Positions 29,701-38,707 are shown, counted from the first letter of the stretch. The stretch is 64,000 nt of DNA from an uncultured Pseudomonadota bacterium (GCA_949297185.1 CASFRM010000001.1:19553-83552); one strand, 5' to 3'. Numbers and translations: made by a program. The notes: a model not told the origin generated them from the letters alone.

Positions 29701-30265
29701 ACAATCCGGACACATTAAAGATGTAGGTATTTCGCTTTATCAACATATGCTTGAAGAAGAAATTATGCGTCTGCGTTCCGGAGCCGTGGTCGGCGAAGAT
29801 AATACCACCGCCAATGATTGGGCTCCGCAAATCTCAACCGGTATACCGATTATGATACCAGAAAGCTATGTCAGAGATTTAGGCATCAGGTTAGGGCTTT
29901 ATAAACGCATCGGTGATATTAAAGATAAAGAGGGCTTGGCCGATATCAGAGAAGAACTGATTGACCGCTTTGGCGACTTACCGCCCGAAGTTGAAAACTT
30001 ACTCACCACGGTGGAAATAAAAACCATGTGCAAAAAAGCCAGTATTGACCGTGTCGATGCCGGTGCAAAAGGTGTGCTTATCGGATTTAAGAATAATACT
30101 TTTGCCAATCCAGAAAAGTTGATGGATTTGATAATCTCATCTTTCGGTGCCATAAAAGTAAGACCTGACCAAAGATTGTTTATTGAAAAAGATCTTTCGT
30201 CTTATGCCACCAGAATAGCCACCATCAAACAATACATAAGCAAAATATCGGCTCTTAAAGATTAA
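26792..30265 (+). CDS. mfd: Transcription-repair coupling factor Mfd
   Basis: 1157 aa. CGDVGFGKTEVA, IIDEEQHFG, LTATPIPRT, QLKGRIGRS, plus an UvrB-homology N-terminal region. Confidence 0.97.
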   Translation: MKYDILRFQDTTFSSVAKGFEAFLLENFALNSSTDIIYIAPDGVELSNVASILEYLRPEFKVLRFPAWDTVPYDRVSPSSAIISQRIDCLSDLAQNPQAKQPRIIVTSVGAVLQKLPPRKIFLNSMREVSVGGKLNFDDFLHYASINGYNRVAQVYEPGEYAVRGDIIDIFPVGTDEPLRIDLFDDEVERIRKFDVMSQRTTGELKSYQFKIMSEVVLDVNTIKTFRSKYREAFGADFNGDEIYEAVSNGRKYIGVENWLPFFYEDALPTLFDYLPQAGIVVSDKVEDAALSKADSIADYYQARLEALSIKSAAEEECYRPIKPELLYLSEKEFAKIIKEKHCITLTSLSIPQTNDVINCQVLPVRNFSSAKNIAAGEVYVELKNYLSENKKLKRIIACYSAGSRERIFSLMNEFEIPDLTFTENWAEALQKSKDKVVLTVMPLEHGFKGEGYCLISEQDILGEKQNRRKQKKFTSKDFIADVSSLNVGELVVHIEHGIGRFMGLENITAGGAPHDCLKIMYANDAKLFVPVENIDVLSRYGVDDDNIELDSLGGAAWAAKKAKVKAKIRDIAEKLIKIAAERHLKKADCFTPPQGMFDDFCARFPYNETDDQLNAISDVLADLNAAIPMDRLVCGDVGFGKTEVALRAAFAVAASGAQVAVIVPTTLLARQHYQNFKSRLEGFPIKVKMLSRLVTPKEARETKQGLKDGAVEIVVGTHALLSEKIEFCNLGLLIIDEEQHFGVAHKEKLKQIKSDVHVLTLTATPIPRTLQLSLTGVKSLSVIATPPVDRLAARSFVMPFDKVMIKEAVYREKYRGGQTFFVCPRVSDIHEVEKELHDLLPDIKILVAHGQMPVKQLEEVMNEFADGQADMLLSTTIIESGIDMPRVNTMIVYRADMFGLAQLYQLKGRIGRSKVRGYAYFTVPPKRKLKPIAERRLSILQAMDSLGAGFSLASHDMDIRGAGNILGEEQSGHIKDVGISLYQHMLEEEIMRLRSGAVVGEDNTTANDWAPQISTGIPIMIPESYVRDLGIRLGLYKRIGDIKDKEGLADIREELIDRFGDLPPEVENLLTTVEIKTMCKKASIDRVDAGAKGVLIGFKNNTFANPEKLMDLIISSFGAIKVRPDQRLFIEKDLSSYATRIATIKQYISKISALKD

Positions 30266-30269
30266 AAAA

Positions 30270-30295
30270 AACGGCAGTTTTTGTTAACTGCCGTT
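30270..30295. terminator. Bidirectional terminator between mfd and the orphan gene P1
   Basis: Perfect 10-bp stem AACGGCAGTT/AACTGCCGTT with a 6-nt loop, flanked by an A run upstream and a T run downstream. The P1 stop codon lies inside the hairpin. Confidence 0.8.
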
Positions 30296-30850
30296 TTTTG
30301 TGGAATTTGCAACATATTCTTGACACATTGCAATTAGTTCTTCTTCGGAAATACCTTGTTCTTGGGCTTTATTCTTAAAATAGGCCAACAGGTATTCCAA
30401 AGAAACCGAGTAGCGTCGCAGAATATGCAACTCTCGCCATAAGCTAAATCTTCTCCCAAAAGAAAATTTGGGCAAAGATTTTAAATCTTCCGTACAAATC
30501 TCAATCATGTTCAAAATATTATCTATTTTCCAAAGCATCCTTTCCGAACATTTAGCTTTTTTCAAATGCAAAAGACATTCGGTTTTTATTTCGTTTGCTT
30601 TTTCATTAAAGATAATAATTTCGGTTGAATTGATGCAATCAAATGTATCAAAATTTTTACTTTCTACGGTCAAAAGATAATCTTTTTCGACCAGATTGTT
30701 AATTTGCCTAAAAACTTCAATACAATTCAATTTTTCATTTTCACGAAAGATTTTATAAATAAAATAATAGTGTATTTTTTGTCTCATAGAATAAGAAATA
30801 AATAATTCAACATTGTGGTGTAGGGTATAATGAATTAACCAAATAAGCAA
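30284..30850 (-). CDS. Orphan protein P1 (167-188 aa)
   Basis: Long ORF in a low-GC islet. The track start at 30850 is TTG; the first ATG is at 30787; neither has a clear SD. The C-terminal segment LEYLLAYFKNKAQEQGISEEELI resembles a segment of P3 and P4. Confidence 0.55.
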   Translation of the reverse strand: MLIWLIHYTLHHNVELFISYSMRQKIHYYFIYKIFRENEKLNCIEVFRQINNLVEKDYLLTVESKNFDTFDCINSTEIIIFNEKANEIKTECLLHLKKAKCSERMLWKIDNILNMIEICTEDLKSLPKFSFGRRFSLWRELHILRRYSVSLEYLLAYFKNKAQEQGISEEELIAMCQEYVANSTKNGS

Positions 30851-30910
30851 TTAAAATATTTACTTAAATTATAAAATATTATAGCATAAAGAAGAATAGG
30901 GACTTAAAGT

Positions 30911-31576
30911 ATGACAATCACAGAATGCAAATTTTATAATATGCAGGTAAATCTTATAAAAAACGGCAAAATTTATGCCGAGAGGGCAGCTATTCGCAAT
31001 GTTTGGCAAAAAGATAAAAACATTTTTTTAGATATATATCTGTATCGACTAAACAAATCATATGTTTTTGATTCCGGATTTATTCATGACATTACCGACA
31101 ATTCCCGTGAAAAATATTATAAAGATGTCGGCAAGTTTGTCAGTGATTTTTATGCTACATGCCAAAAGTCATCTATAACTGAACAAAGTCAATATAATGA
31201 CAATGCTATTTTTTCTTCGATTAAAGAAGATTTGATTATATTGCGATTTTTATCCGAAGTTTTAAAAAATAAAAAGGATATTAAAGATAAGATAATCAGG
31301 GAATACATAAGGAGCACAGTAAAATCGGCGCACAAGTTGAGCGACAGATATTTGGATGAATATATAAATAGCGTGCTTCCAGACAGCAAAGATTTTTATG
31401 AAGCTGTAAGCAGTCTCAAAAGCAAAACGCCAAAGCAGGCTGAGGAGTTGTTGCGTAATGGTATAAAGCTGTGTCTATCAGATGGATATTTAGAATATCA
31501 CGAGAGGATGTATTTAGCCGATTTAATAGAAGCTCTAAGAAGCTACGGTTTGTCACTTTCCTCAGATATTATATAA
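30911..31576 (+). CDS. Orphan protein P2 (221 aa)
   Basis: Divergent from P1; AGGGA lies upstream of the ATG. The C-terminal half (…LLRNGIKLCLSDGYLEYHERMYLADLIEALRSYGLS) vaguely recalls TerB/DjlA-N-like helical repeats, a weak by-eye call. Confidence 0.6.
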   Translation: MTITECKFYNMQVNLIKNGKIYAERAAIRNVWQKDKNIFLDIYLYRLNKSYVFDSGFIHDITDNSREKYYKDVGKFVSDFYATCQKSSITEQSQYNDNAIFSSIKEDLIILRFLSEVLKNKKDIKDKIIREYIRSTVKSAHKLSDRYLDEYINSVLPDSKDFYEAVSSLKSKTPKQAEELLRNGIKLCLSDGYLEYHERMYLADLIEALRSYGLSLSSDII

Positions 31577-31605
31577 CAAAAGGAGCCTAAAAGGCTCCTT
31601 TTGTT
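31575..31605. terminator. Bidirectional terminator between convergent P2 and P3
   Basis: Perfect 13-bp stem AACAAAAGGAGCC/GGCTCCTTTTGTT with a 5-nt loop. Both stop codons are embedded in the stem. Confidence 0.8.
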
Positions 31606-32359
31606 ATTCAGATAACGAGATTAAAGCCACATAATGGCATTTTATCTCGTTGTAATTAAGGCTTTCAAACAGCACATAAAGTGCTTTATCCAGCCCAATC
31701 TCTGTCCACGAAGCCGTTGATATACTCATCGACTTCATATGAAGGCAGGCATCCCATGCTTCTAAAATATCCTGTTGCGTATAGCCTTTTTTTCTGGCAT
31801 CTTGCAACAGAACTTTCAAATAAGGTGTATCTTCAGCCCCAAAATAGAATGCCTCTGATATAGGAGCTATAATAGGTCTATACCGTCTTATATCTTCGGC
31901 TCTAAAATTAGGTTTAAGATCAGAATATGATCTCCATTTTCTATCCAGAGTTTTCATGATTCTCTCTCTGGTCTTTTCATCTTCATTCGGATTTTCCCAC
32001 ATATAACATGCGAGAAATTCCTTCAGATACACAGGTTCCATAAAGAAGAGTTTTAATTTGGTTTTAAGTTTTTTCCAAAATCCTTCAGCATTATTGATAC
32101 GGTAAAACTCTTTTCTATACCCAAGCATCTTTTTTGACAATTCAAAACCGTTTGTAGCCGCTAAATCTTCAGCTTCATTCCAAAATTTGGAAAAAGCCGC
32201 CAGATAGAAGGCTTTATCAGCGTCAGATGACACAACTTCGAACATTGCCACCATATTATCTTCCAATGTGTCTAGGATAACATCGGCAATCTCTTTCTTG
32301 CAGTCGTGATAATCAGTAAAAAGATGGTAATTTACGATCATTGAATTAAATTTGCTCAT
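31604..32359 (-). CDS. Orphan protein P3 (251 aa); C-terminal ~76 aa paralogous to P4
   Basis: All-helical-looking, with no known motif. The C-terminus PYLKVLLQDARKKGYTQQDILEAW...ALYVLFESLNYNEIKCHYVAL aligns with P4. Confidence 0.6.
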   Translation of the reverse strand: MSKFNSMIVNYHLFTDYHDCKKEIADVILDTLEDNMVAMFEVVSSDADKAFYLAAFSKFWNEAEDLAATNGFELSKKMLGYRKEFYRINNAEGFWKKLKTKLKLFFMEPVYLKEFLACYMWENPNEDEKTRERIMKTLDRKWRSYSDLKPNFRAEDIRRYRPIIAPISEAFYFGAEDTPYLKVLLQDARKKGYTQQDILEAWDACLHMKSMSISTASWTEIGLDKALYVLFESLNYNEIKCHYVALISLSE

Positions 32360-32418
32360 AATAATACATTTTTAAGCCGTCTTTCCTTCTTTAGAAAGAA
32401 AAACGGCAGATTAGACAT

Positions 32419-32739
32419 TTAGCTACATAGTTCCAAAAAAGCAACGTAGTGCTTTTTAGTCTCACAGTAACTTAACGGGGCAAATAGCACAGATAGTGCT
32501 TCGCCTGTTGTTAAATCTTCAGAAGATTTTTCGAAATGTTCTTCTTTGGATTTGATTTCCAGCATTTCAGCCCACGCTTTAATCAACTCTTCAGTCGAAA
32601 CTCCTACTAATTTGCAGTAGTTTACGAACCGTCTTAGGTACGGAACTCGTTCCGTTTTTAAGTAATTTTCAGTTGTAATTGCCCATTCTTGTGGTCTCAT
32701 ATTGACAACCAGAGCAACATTAAAAATTTTTTTTGCCAT
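32419..32739 (-). CDS. Orphan protein P4 (106 aa), stand-alone copy of the P3 C-terminal module
   Basis: PYLRRFVNYCKLVGVSTEELIKAW...ALSVLFAPLSYCETKKHYVAF. About one third identical to the P3 C-terminus by hand alignment, and 15/26 in the last 26 aa. Confidence 0.6.
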   Translation of the reverse strand: MAKKIFNVALVVNMRPQEWAITTENYLKTERVPYLRRFVNYCKLVGVSTEELIKAWAEMLEIKSKEEHFEKSSEDLTTGEALSVLFAPLSYCETKKHYVAFLELCS

Positions 32740-32837
32740 AATTATATAGTTTAAATTAAAAATATGTTAACGCAACGAAGCTAGCACCATTTTTATCATC
32801 CGTCAACTATAAAACGACAAAAAAGTTGTTTTTTGTC

Positions 32838-32865
32838 AAAAAAAGAGGAGGCATAAAACCTCCTC
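32838..32865 (-). terminator. Rho-independent terminator closing the fab-acc-ompA operon
   Basis: GAGGAGG, 7-nt loop, CCTCCTC. On the minus strand it is followed by T7. It lies 24 nt downstream of the ompA-like stop. Confidence 0.8.
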
Positions 32866-32888
32866 AGATAAAAAACTAAGTTAAAAGA

Positions 32889-33530
32889 TTATTGCTGATT
32901 AATAAGCACAATCTCAACTCTGCGGTTTTGCTCACGTCCGGCAGCCGTCGCATTCGAGGCAATCGGATTTGCCGAGCCATAACCGGTTGCAATAATACGA
33001 CTTGCGGCCACACCTTGCAACTTTAAGAAATCGGCCACGGCATTGGCTCTTCTTTGCGAAAGCGGCATGTTTATGGCATTAGAGCCGGTGTTATCGGTAT
33101 ATCCGTTTACCTGAACCAGAGTTTTATCATATTCTTTCAAAACCTTAGCAATAGAAACTACAACCGGTTGGAACGAAGACTTGATGAATGCTTGATTGGT
33201 ATCAAAGGTTATATTTCCGGGCATCACCAAATAAATTTTGCCATCAATTTCCTTAACCTGTACACCGGTTCCGACCAACTCTTTGCGTAGTTTGGCAGCC
33301 TGATAATCCATATATCCACCGGCAGCAGCACCGCTGGCCGCACCGATTCCGGCTCCGATTAATGCTCCTTTTTCACCACCTGCCAAAGCACCGATTCCGG
33401 CACCAAGTGCTGTTCCGATTCCTGCACCCCATGCAGTCTTGGCAACTTTGCTTTCTCCCGTATAAGGATCAGTGGCACAAGCGCTAAGCATAACAGCCAT
33501 CATTCCGGCAACAATAAGTTTTTTCATCAT
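32889..33530 (-). CDS. OmpA-family lipoprotein with glycine-zipper region
   Basis: Lipobox MAVMLSAC, Gly-zipper GAGIGTALGAGIGALAGG...GAGIGAASGAAAGG, and a C-terminal OmpA-like domain (NTGSNAINMPLSQRRANAV, GREQNRRVEI). The start overlaps the upstream stop (TAATG). Confidence 0.88.
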   Translation of the reverse strand: MMKKLIVAGMMAVMLSACATDPYTGESKVAKTAWGAGIGTALGAGIGALAGGEKGALIGAGIGAASGAAAGGYMDYQAAKLRKELVGTGVQVKEIDGKIYLVMPGNITFDTNQAFIKSSFQPVVVSIAKVLKEYDKTLVQVNGYTDNTGSNAINMPLSQRRANAVADFLKLQGVAASRIIATGYGSANPIASNATAAGREQNRRVEIVLINQQ

Positions 33531-34702
33531 TATTCTCCCGATAGTTTAGAATGCAATAATTTTGCCGAATCAAGACCGGAGGCTACTGCCTCAACAATGG
33601 TAGAACCTCCGATTTTGCAATCTCCGGCATAAACTATTTTAGAATGGTCGAGCGGTTTTTCGGCTCGGCTTCCGATTGCTTTGATAATCAAATCAAAACC
33701 TTCTCTCTTGATTGTTGAATTTTCAATATCAACATATCCGCGTTCTCCTGGCTGAGTAGAGCAGGTATATATATCAAGTTTATCGGCATTTTTTTCTACT
33801 TTGCAAACTCTTGTCGTGGTAACCAAATCTATTTGGTTGTCCAAAAGTTCTTGCATTTCTTTTTTGGTAACTTTCATATCAAAAATCTTGCGTCTGACAA
33901 ATACCGAAATAGTGTCGGCACCTTGTTGTTTAGCCGTCATGGCACAATCAGCTGCTACATTGCCGCCGCCGATAATACCGACTTTTTTAGCTCCTTCGTA
34001 GGCAGTCGGAGTTCTCAGATAATCGGCATAAGCTACCACATTTTCTTCACCCTCAACCCCAAGATCAATGACATTTTGCTCGCCTATGGCCATGATAACA
34101 CCGTCAAAACCTTTATCAAGGAACTCGGTCGGATTATCGACCTGAGTTCTAAACTCAACTTCGGCTTTGCCTATGCGTTTGATATAGTTCCAATCATCTT
34201 CAATCACCTCATAGGGCAGGCGATAGTCAGGAATTAAATTAAGAGCACCGCCGACTTTGTCAGACTTTTCAAACAATTTGACGGAATATCCCAATTTAAC
34301 CAATTTCCATGCTGCCGCCATTCCGGCCGGACCGGAACCGACGATAGCTATTTTTTTGTTATTATCGGGCAATCTGTCCGTATCGGTCATATCTTGGCGA
34401 TATTTACTGATAAGGGTTGCTTGCACCAAAGGAATGTTAATCGGGTGGTCTATTTTTGCTCTCAGACAAGCCTTCATGCAAAATTTATCCGGACAAATCA
34501 ATCCGCAAGTATGTCCCATAGGATTGTTTTTGCAGATGGATTGTACGGCTTCGGTAAATTCTCCGGCCTTTGCGTGTTGAATAAATTCTTGCGGCGAGCA
34601 ATTAACCGGACATGCAGTCATACAAGGCTTAGATGCACAATTCAAGCATTTGGCTATTTCGGCATCGAGTTGAGGTTTGTTAAGATAGAGTTTGCTCATC
34701 AT
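33530..34702 (-). CDS. GltD-like (glutamate synthase small subunit family) Fe-S/FAD NAD(P)H oxidoreductase
   Basis: N-terminal Cys clusters CLNCASKPCMTACP and CGLICPDKFCMKAC, FAD site KKIAIVGSGPAGMAAA, second dinucleotide site KKVGIIGGGNVAADCA. At 390 aa it is shorter than canonical GltD. It starts 7 nt after fabG. Confidence 0.8.
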   Translation of the reverse strand: MMSKLYLNKPQLDAEIAKCLNCASKPCMTACPVNCSPQEFIQHAKAGEFTEAVQSICKNNPMGHTCGLICPDKFCMKACLRAKIDHPINIPLVQATLISKYRQDMTDTDRLPDNNKKIAIVGSGPAGMAAAWKLVKLGYSVKLFEKSDKVGGALNLIPDYRLPYEVIEDDWNYIKRIGKAEVEFRTQVDNPTEFLDKGFDGVIMAIGEQNVIDLGVEGEENVVAYADYLRTPTAYEGAKKVGIIGGGNVAADCAMTAKQQGADTISVFVRRKIFDMKVTKKEMQELLDNQIDLVTTTRVCKVEKNADKLDIYTCSTQPGERGYVDIENSTIKREGFDLIIKAIGSRAEKPLDHSKIVYAGDCKIGGSTIVEAVASGLDSAKLLHSKLSGE

Positions 34703-34709
34703 AAACCTC

Positions 34710-35453
34710 TTAAATCATAGCCATTCCGCCGTTGACATGGATGGTTTGTCCGGTAATATATCCGGCTTCATCACTGGCCAAAAACAGTGCTGCGTTTGCC
34801 ACATCATCGGGAGTTCCCATTTTAGCCATCGGGATGTTTTCCAACAACTTTTCTTTAGCCTTTTCGGGTAAAACATCGGTCATTGGAGTTTTTATAAATC
34901 CCGGAGCCAAGCAATTAATGGTAATTCCTCTGGAAGCAACCTCCAAAGCCATTGATTTAGACATTCCGATAAGACCGGCTTTACTGGCGGCATAGTTACT
35001 TTGACCGGCATTTCCGATAACTCCCACAATAGAAGTCATATTAATAATTCGCCCAAAGCGATGCTTAAGCATGCAAGGCAAAACCGCCTTTGACAACAAA
35101 AAGCTTGAGGTTAGGTTGGTATCCAACACTTTATGCCAAGCCTCGGTTGATATTTTAAGCGACAAATTATCTTTGGTAATGCCGGCATTATTGATAAGCA
35201 CATCAATTTTACCGCAATCATGCTCAACTCTCTCGACCAAAGAAGCGATATTGTTTTCATCACTCAGGTCAACGGCATAGATTTTGACATCACCGTTCGG
35301 AAGTTCGGTTTTGCGAAATTCTTCCAATTTAGCCTCGTCGCGACCGACAATTGCCAACTGAGCACCTTGTTGTTGAAACAATTTGCAAATTCCGCGTCCG
35401 ATTCCTCCGGTGGCTCCGGTAATCAATACGGTTTTTCCTTGAAAGTTGAGCAT
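34710..35453 (-). CDS. fabG: 3-oxoacyl-ACP reductase
   Basis: TGATGGIGRG, NNAGIT, YAASKAG; 247 aa. Confidence 0.93.
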   Translation of the reverse strand: MLNFQGKTVLITGATGGIGRGICKLFQQQGAQLAIVGRDEAKLEEFRKTELPNGDVKIYAVDLSDENNIASLVERVEHDCGKIDVLINNAGITKDNLSLKISTEAWHKVLDTNLTSSFLLSKAVLPCMLKHRFGRIINMTSIVGVIGNAGQSNYAASKAGLIGMSKSMALEVASRGITINCLAPGFIKTPMTDVLPEKAKEKLLENIPMAKMGTPDDVANAALFLASDEAGYITGQTIHVNGGMAMI

Positions 35454-35469
35454 GCTTTATCTCCCTAAT

Positions 35470-36399
35470 TTAGATTGCCTGAGCATAAGATTTGAGCATA
35501 TCCTCGGCCGACAAAACTTCCGCTTCCGGCAAGATTTTCTTAACCAATCCGGAAATTACATTGCCAAATCCGGTTTCAACAAATCTCTTAGCTCCGTTAT
35601 CAGCCATATAAACCACACTTTCTTGCCATTTAACGGTATTAGTGATTTGTTTAACCAACAAATCTTTAATTTCCTCGGCATTTTCGTAAGGTCTGGCCGA
35701 AAGGTTGCTTATAACCTTAACTCTTGGCTCTGCAAATTTGGTGTTTGCAATAACTTCTGCCATTTTATCGGCGGCAGATTGCATCAAAGGCGAGTGAAAA
35801 GCTCCTGAAACCGGCAACATAATAGCTCTTTTAACACCTTGAGCCTTTGCCTCTTCACAAGCTTTTTCAACTGTTTGGGTCGAGCCGCTTAACACGATTT
35901 GTGCCGGAGAGTTAGAGTTTCCGACAAAACAACCGGCTTCGTTTGCAACAGCTTTTGCCTTATCATAATCAAAGCCGATAAGAGCAGCCATTGACCCCGG
36001 ATTATCAATACAAGCCTGCATCATATAAGAACCGCGTGCTTTGAGCAATTTTGCGGTATCTTCCAAAGACAAACTATCTGCTGCACACAAAGCAGAGTAC
36101 TCACCCAAAGAGTGTCCGGCCATAAATTTAACATTATCGATATTGATTAAGCCCAAGCTTTTCAAAACCTCGAAATAAGCTATCGAAGCAGCCATAATTG
36201 CCGGTTGAGCATTAGAGGTCTTGTTTAATTCTTCAATTTCGCCGTCAAACATCAAAGCACTTAGTTTGAAGTTTAGAGCATCATCAACCTTATCAAAGAC
36301 ATCTTTAGCTACGGCAAAATTTTCGGCCAAATCTTTGCCCATGCCGATTTTTTGCGACCCTTGACCGGGAAAAACCAATACATCAGATATCACTTGCAT
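35470..36399 (-). CDS. fabD: Malonyl-CoA:ACP transacylase
   Basis: FPGQGSQ, GHSLGEYSAL, and a VSGAFHSPLM-type motif. Confidence 0.94.
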   Translation of the reverse strand: MQVISDVLVFPGQGSQKIGMGKDLAENFAVAKDVFDKVDDALNFKLSALMFDGEIEELNKTSNAQPAIMAASIAYFEVLKSLGLINIDNVKFMAGHSLGEYSALCAADSLSLEDTAKLLKARGSYMMQACIDNPGSMAALIGFDYDKAKAVANEAGCFVGNSNSPAQIVLSGSTQTVEKACEEAKAQGVKRAIMLPVSGAFHSPLMQSAADKMAEVIANTKFAEPRVKVISNLSARPYENAEEIKDLLVKQITNTVKWQESVVYMADNGAKRFVETGFGNVISGLVKKILPEAEVLSAEDMLKSYAQAI

Positions 36400-36409
36400 T
36401 TTACTTTTC

Positions 36410-37666
36410 CTAAATTTTTCTAAATATCAAAGAAGCATTGGTACCGCCGAAACCAAACGAGTTCGACATGGCAACTTTAACATCGCACTTGCGAGCTTGA
36501 TTCGGTACCAAATCCATTCCGGCAACTTCATCAATCGGATCTTCAAGATTGAGGGTAGGCGGTAAGATTCCGGTTTCAATAGCCTTAACACAGAATACGG
36601 CTTCAACGGCACCGGCGGCACCGAGCAAGTGACCGATTGCCGATTTGGTCGAAGACATTTTCAAATCTTTGCAACCGGCAAACAATTCAGACACAGCCTT
36701 TGCTTCCATAGCATCACCGATCATGGTCGAAGTACCGTGAGCGTTAATATAGGTAACTTCCTCAGGCTTAATGTTTGATTTACGCAAAGCTTCGCTCATT
36801 GCTTTTTTAGCACCTGATCCGTCCGGAGCCGGAGAGGTAATATGATAAGCATCACCTGATGTACCATAACCGGCCAATTCTGCATAAATTTTAGCGCCTC
36901 TGGCTTTGGCATGTTCATATTCTTCCAATACCAATACACCGGCACCTTCACCCATTACAAAGCCGTCATGACCTTTATCCCAAGGACGAGACGCTTTTTC
37001 CGGAGTGTCGTTATAGCTGTGAGACAAAGCTTTTGCTTGCATAAAACCGGCAACCGAAAGGGCACAAACGGCAGCTTCGGCACCGCCAACGACCATAACA
37101 TCGGCATCATCCATAACAATTGCTTGGTAAGCATGAGCAACGGCATGTGAGCCGGTAGCACAAGCAGTAACACAAGCCAAGTTCGGACCGGTAAAGCCGT
37201 GACGCATTGAAACATGTCCGGAAATCATATTGATAATCGTAGCCGGAATAAAGAACGGGCTGATACGACGAGGACCGGAAGCAGCCAAAATTTTTGCATT
37301 ATCATCAATCGTTTTCAATCCGCCGATACCAGAACCGATTATAACACCGGTGCGAGCCTTTTCTTTTGCATCTTCTGGCATCCAATTAGCATCTTTGATT
37401 GCTTCTTCTGCGGCAGCAATACCAAACAAAATAAAATCGTCAATTCTTTTTTGTTCTTTAGGTTCCATATATTCGTCAGGATTAAATTGTCCTGGTTCAG
37501 TACCTTTAATAACTTCGCCGGCGACCTTAACCGAAAAATTTTCGGTATCAAACTTGGTGATGTTGCGGATAGCAGATTTTCCGGCAACAATAGCGTCCCA
37601 AGCGGTTTTAACGCCCATTCCAAAAGGAGTCAAAGCTCCCAATCCAGTAACAACAACTCTTTTCAT
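36410..37666 (-). CDS. fabF: 3-oxoacyl-ACP synthase II
   Basis: KRVVVTGLGALTPFG, active-site ACATG, HGTST, and NSFGFGGTNASL. Confidence 0.95.
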   Translation of the reverse strand: MKRVVVTGLGALTPFGMGVKTAWDAIVAGKSAIRNITKFDTENFSVKVAGEVIKGTEPGQFNPDEYMEPKEQKRIDDFILFGIAAAEEAIKDANWMPEDAKEKARTGVIIGSGIGGLKTIDDNAKILAASGPRRISPFFIPATIINMISGHVSMRHGFTGPNLACVTACATGSHAVAHAYQAIVMDDADVMVVGGAEAAVCALSVAGFMQAKALSHSYNDTPEKASRPWDKGHDGFVMGEGAGVLVLEEYEHAKARGAKIYAELAGYGTSGDAYHITSPAPDGSGAKKAMSEALRKSNIKPEEVTYINAHGTSTMIGDAMEAKAVSELFAGCKDLKMSSTKSAIGHLLGAAGAVEAVFCVKAIETGILPPTLNLEDPIDEVAGMDLVPNQARKCDVKVAMSNSFGFGGTNASLIFRKI

Positions 37667-37690
37667 AGTCTGTTTCCTTCTTTTATTTTC

Positions 37691-38707
37691 TTAAAAAATA
37701 TTTTCTTTTCTAAAAACGCCTTCACGCAAGCGGATAACACCGCCACCCCAGCACATGCCGGCTCCAAAGCCGCAAATTATTGCCTTGGAAGGAGTTTTTA
37801 CTTTACCTTGTTTAATAGCTTCGCCCATGGCAATTAATATGGAAGAAGCCGAAGTATTACCCAGATATTCAATATTGGATATTACTTTATCATCGGTATA
37901 ATTAAGTCTTTCTTGTACCGCTTTAATAATTCTTTGGTTAGCCTGATGTAGTATCAGATAATCAACAGTGTCACTGTCGATATTATTTTGCGCCAATATG
38001 GTATCGGTAATATAATTAGGGATAATATTGGCCACAAATTTATAAACATCTTGTCCTTTCATTGCTAAAATTTGTTTGTCATCATTGGTTTCGACAAACG
38101 GACAGTTGCCATGCGGTACGGGCAAAGTTATATAGTCACCGACATGACCGTCAGCCTTAATATCAATAGCCAAAATATCATTTTCTTCACCGGCAGAAAC
38201 AACTGCGGCTCCGATACCATCGCCAAACAATATTGAAGTTCGGCGATCTGTCCAGTCCAGATAACGCGAGCAATTATCAAAAGTCAAAATAAGAATATTT
38301 TTGTAAATGCCCGATCTGATATAAGCATTAGCAATATCCAAGCCATAAACAAACCCCGAGCAAGCCACCGAAAAGTCAAAAGCCGGAATATTGCGCTTAA
38401 TACCCAAAAGTCTTTGCGCAGTACAAGACATCGTCGGCATCATCTGTACCGGCATAGATGTTGCAGCGATGATGAGATCAACGTCTTCAGCATCAATTCT
38501 GGCATTATTTATGGCTTGTCTGGCAGCCTTTTCCAAAAGTTCGAGTGCTTCCGCATCGCTTTTGAATAGATGTCTTTCCTTAATACCTGTACGAGAATAA
38601 ATCCATTCATCTGAGGTATCATACAAAGAGGTCAAATCATTGTTGGTTACGACTTTTGTCGGTATGGCATAGCCAATACCGGTAATCATCGGTAAATTAT
38701 TCGTCAT
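37691..38707 (-). CDS. fabH: 3-oxoacyl-ACP synthase III
   Basis: TSDEWIYSRTGIKERH, active-site ACSGF, HQAN, GFGAGMCWG. Overlaps accC by 11 nt. Confidence 0.93.
   Translation of the reverse strand: MTNNLPMITGIGYAIPTKVVTNNDLTSLYDTSDEWIYSRTGIKERHLFKSDAEALELLEKAARQAINNARIDAEDVDLIIAATSMPVQMMPTMSCTAQRLLGIKRNIPAFDFSVACSGFVYGLDIANAYIRSGIYKNILILTFDNCSRYLDWTDRRTSILFGDGIGAAVVSAGEENDILAIDIKADGHVGDYITLPVPHGNCPFVETNDDKQILAMKGQDVYKFVANIIPNYITDTILAQNNIDSDTVDYLILHQANQRIIKAVQERLNYTDDKVISNIEYLGNTSASSILIAMGEAIKQGKVKTPSKAIICGFGAGMCWGGGVIRLREGVFRKENIF

Noticed and set aside
32376-32407. Imperfect hairpin GCCGT...ACGGC between P4 and P3 as a terminator
   Set aside because: The 14-position stem has two mismatches and no U-run on either strand. 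It may be an attenuating structure, but the support is too weak to annotate.
32756-32771. CtrA-box-like TTAA-N7-TTAAC upstream of orphan gene P4
   Set aside because: In ~30% GC intergenic DNA, TTAA-N7-TTAA is expected by chance fairly often. I cannot show that the lineage has CtrA, and no second box or conservation evidence is available.
37214-37837. 207-aa and 154-aa plus-strand ORFs antisense to fabF/fabH
   Set aside because: They overlap the well-supported fabF gene on the opposite strand. The composition is Ser/Asn/Phe-rich nonsense and there are no start signals.
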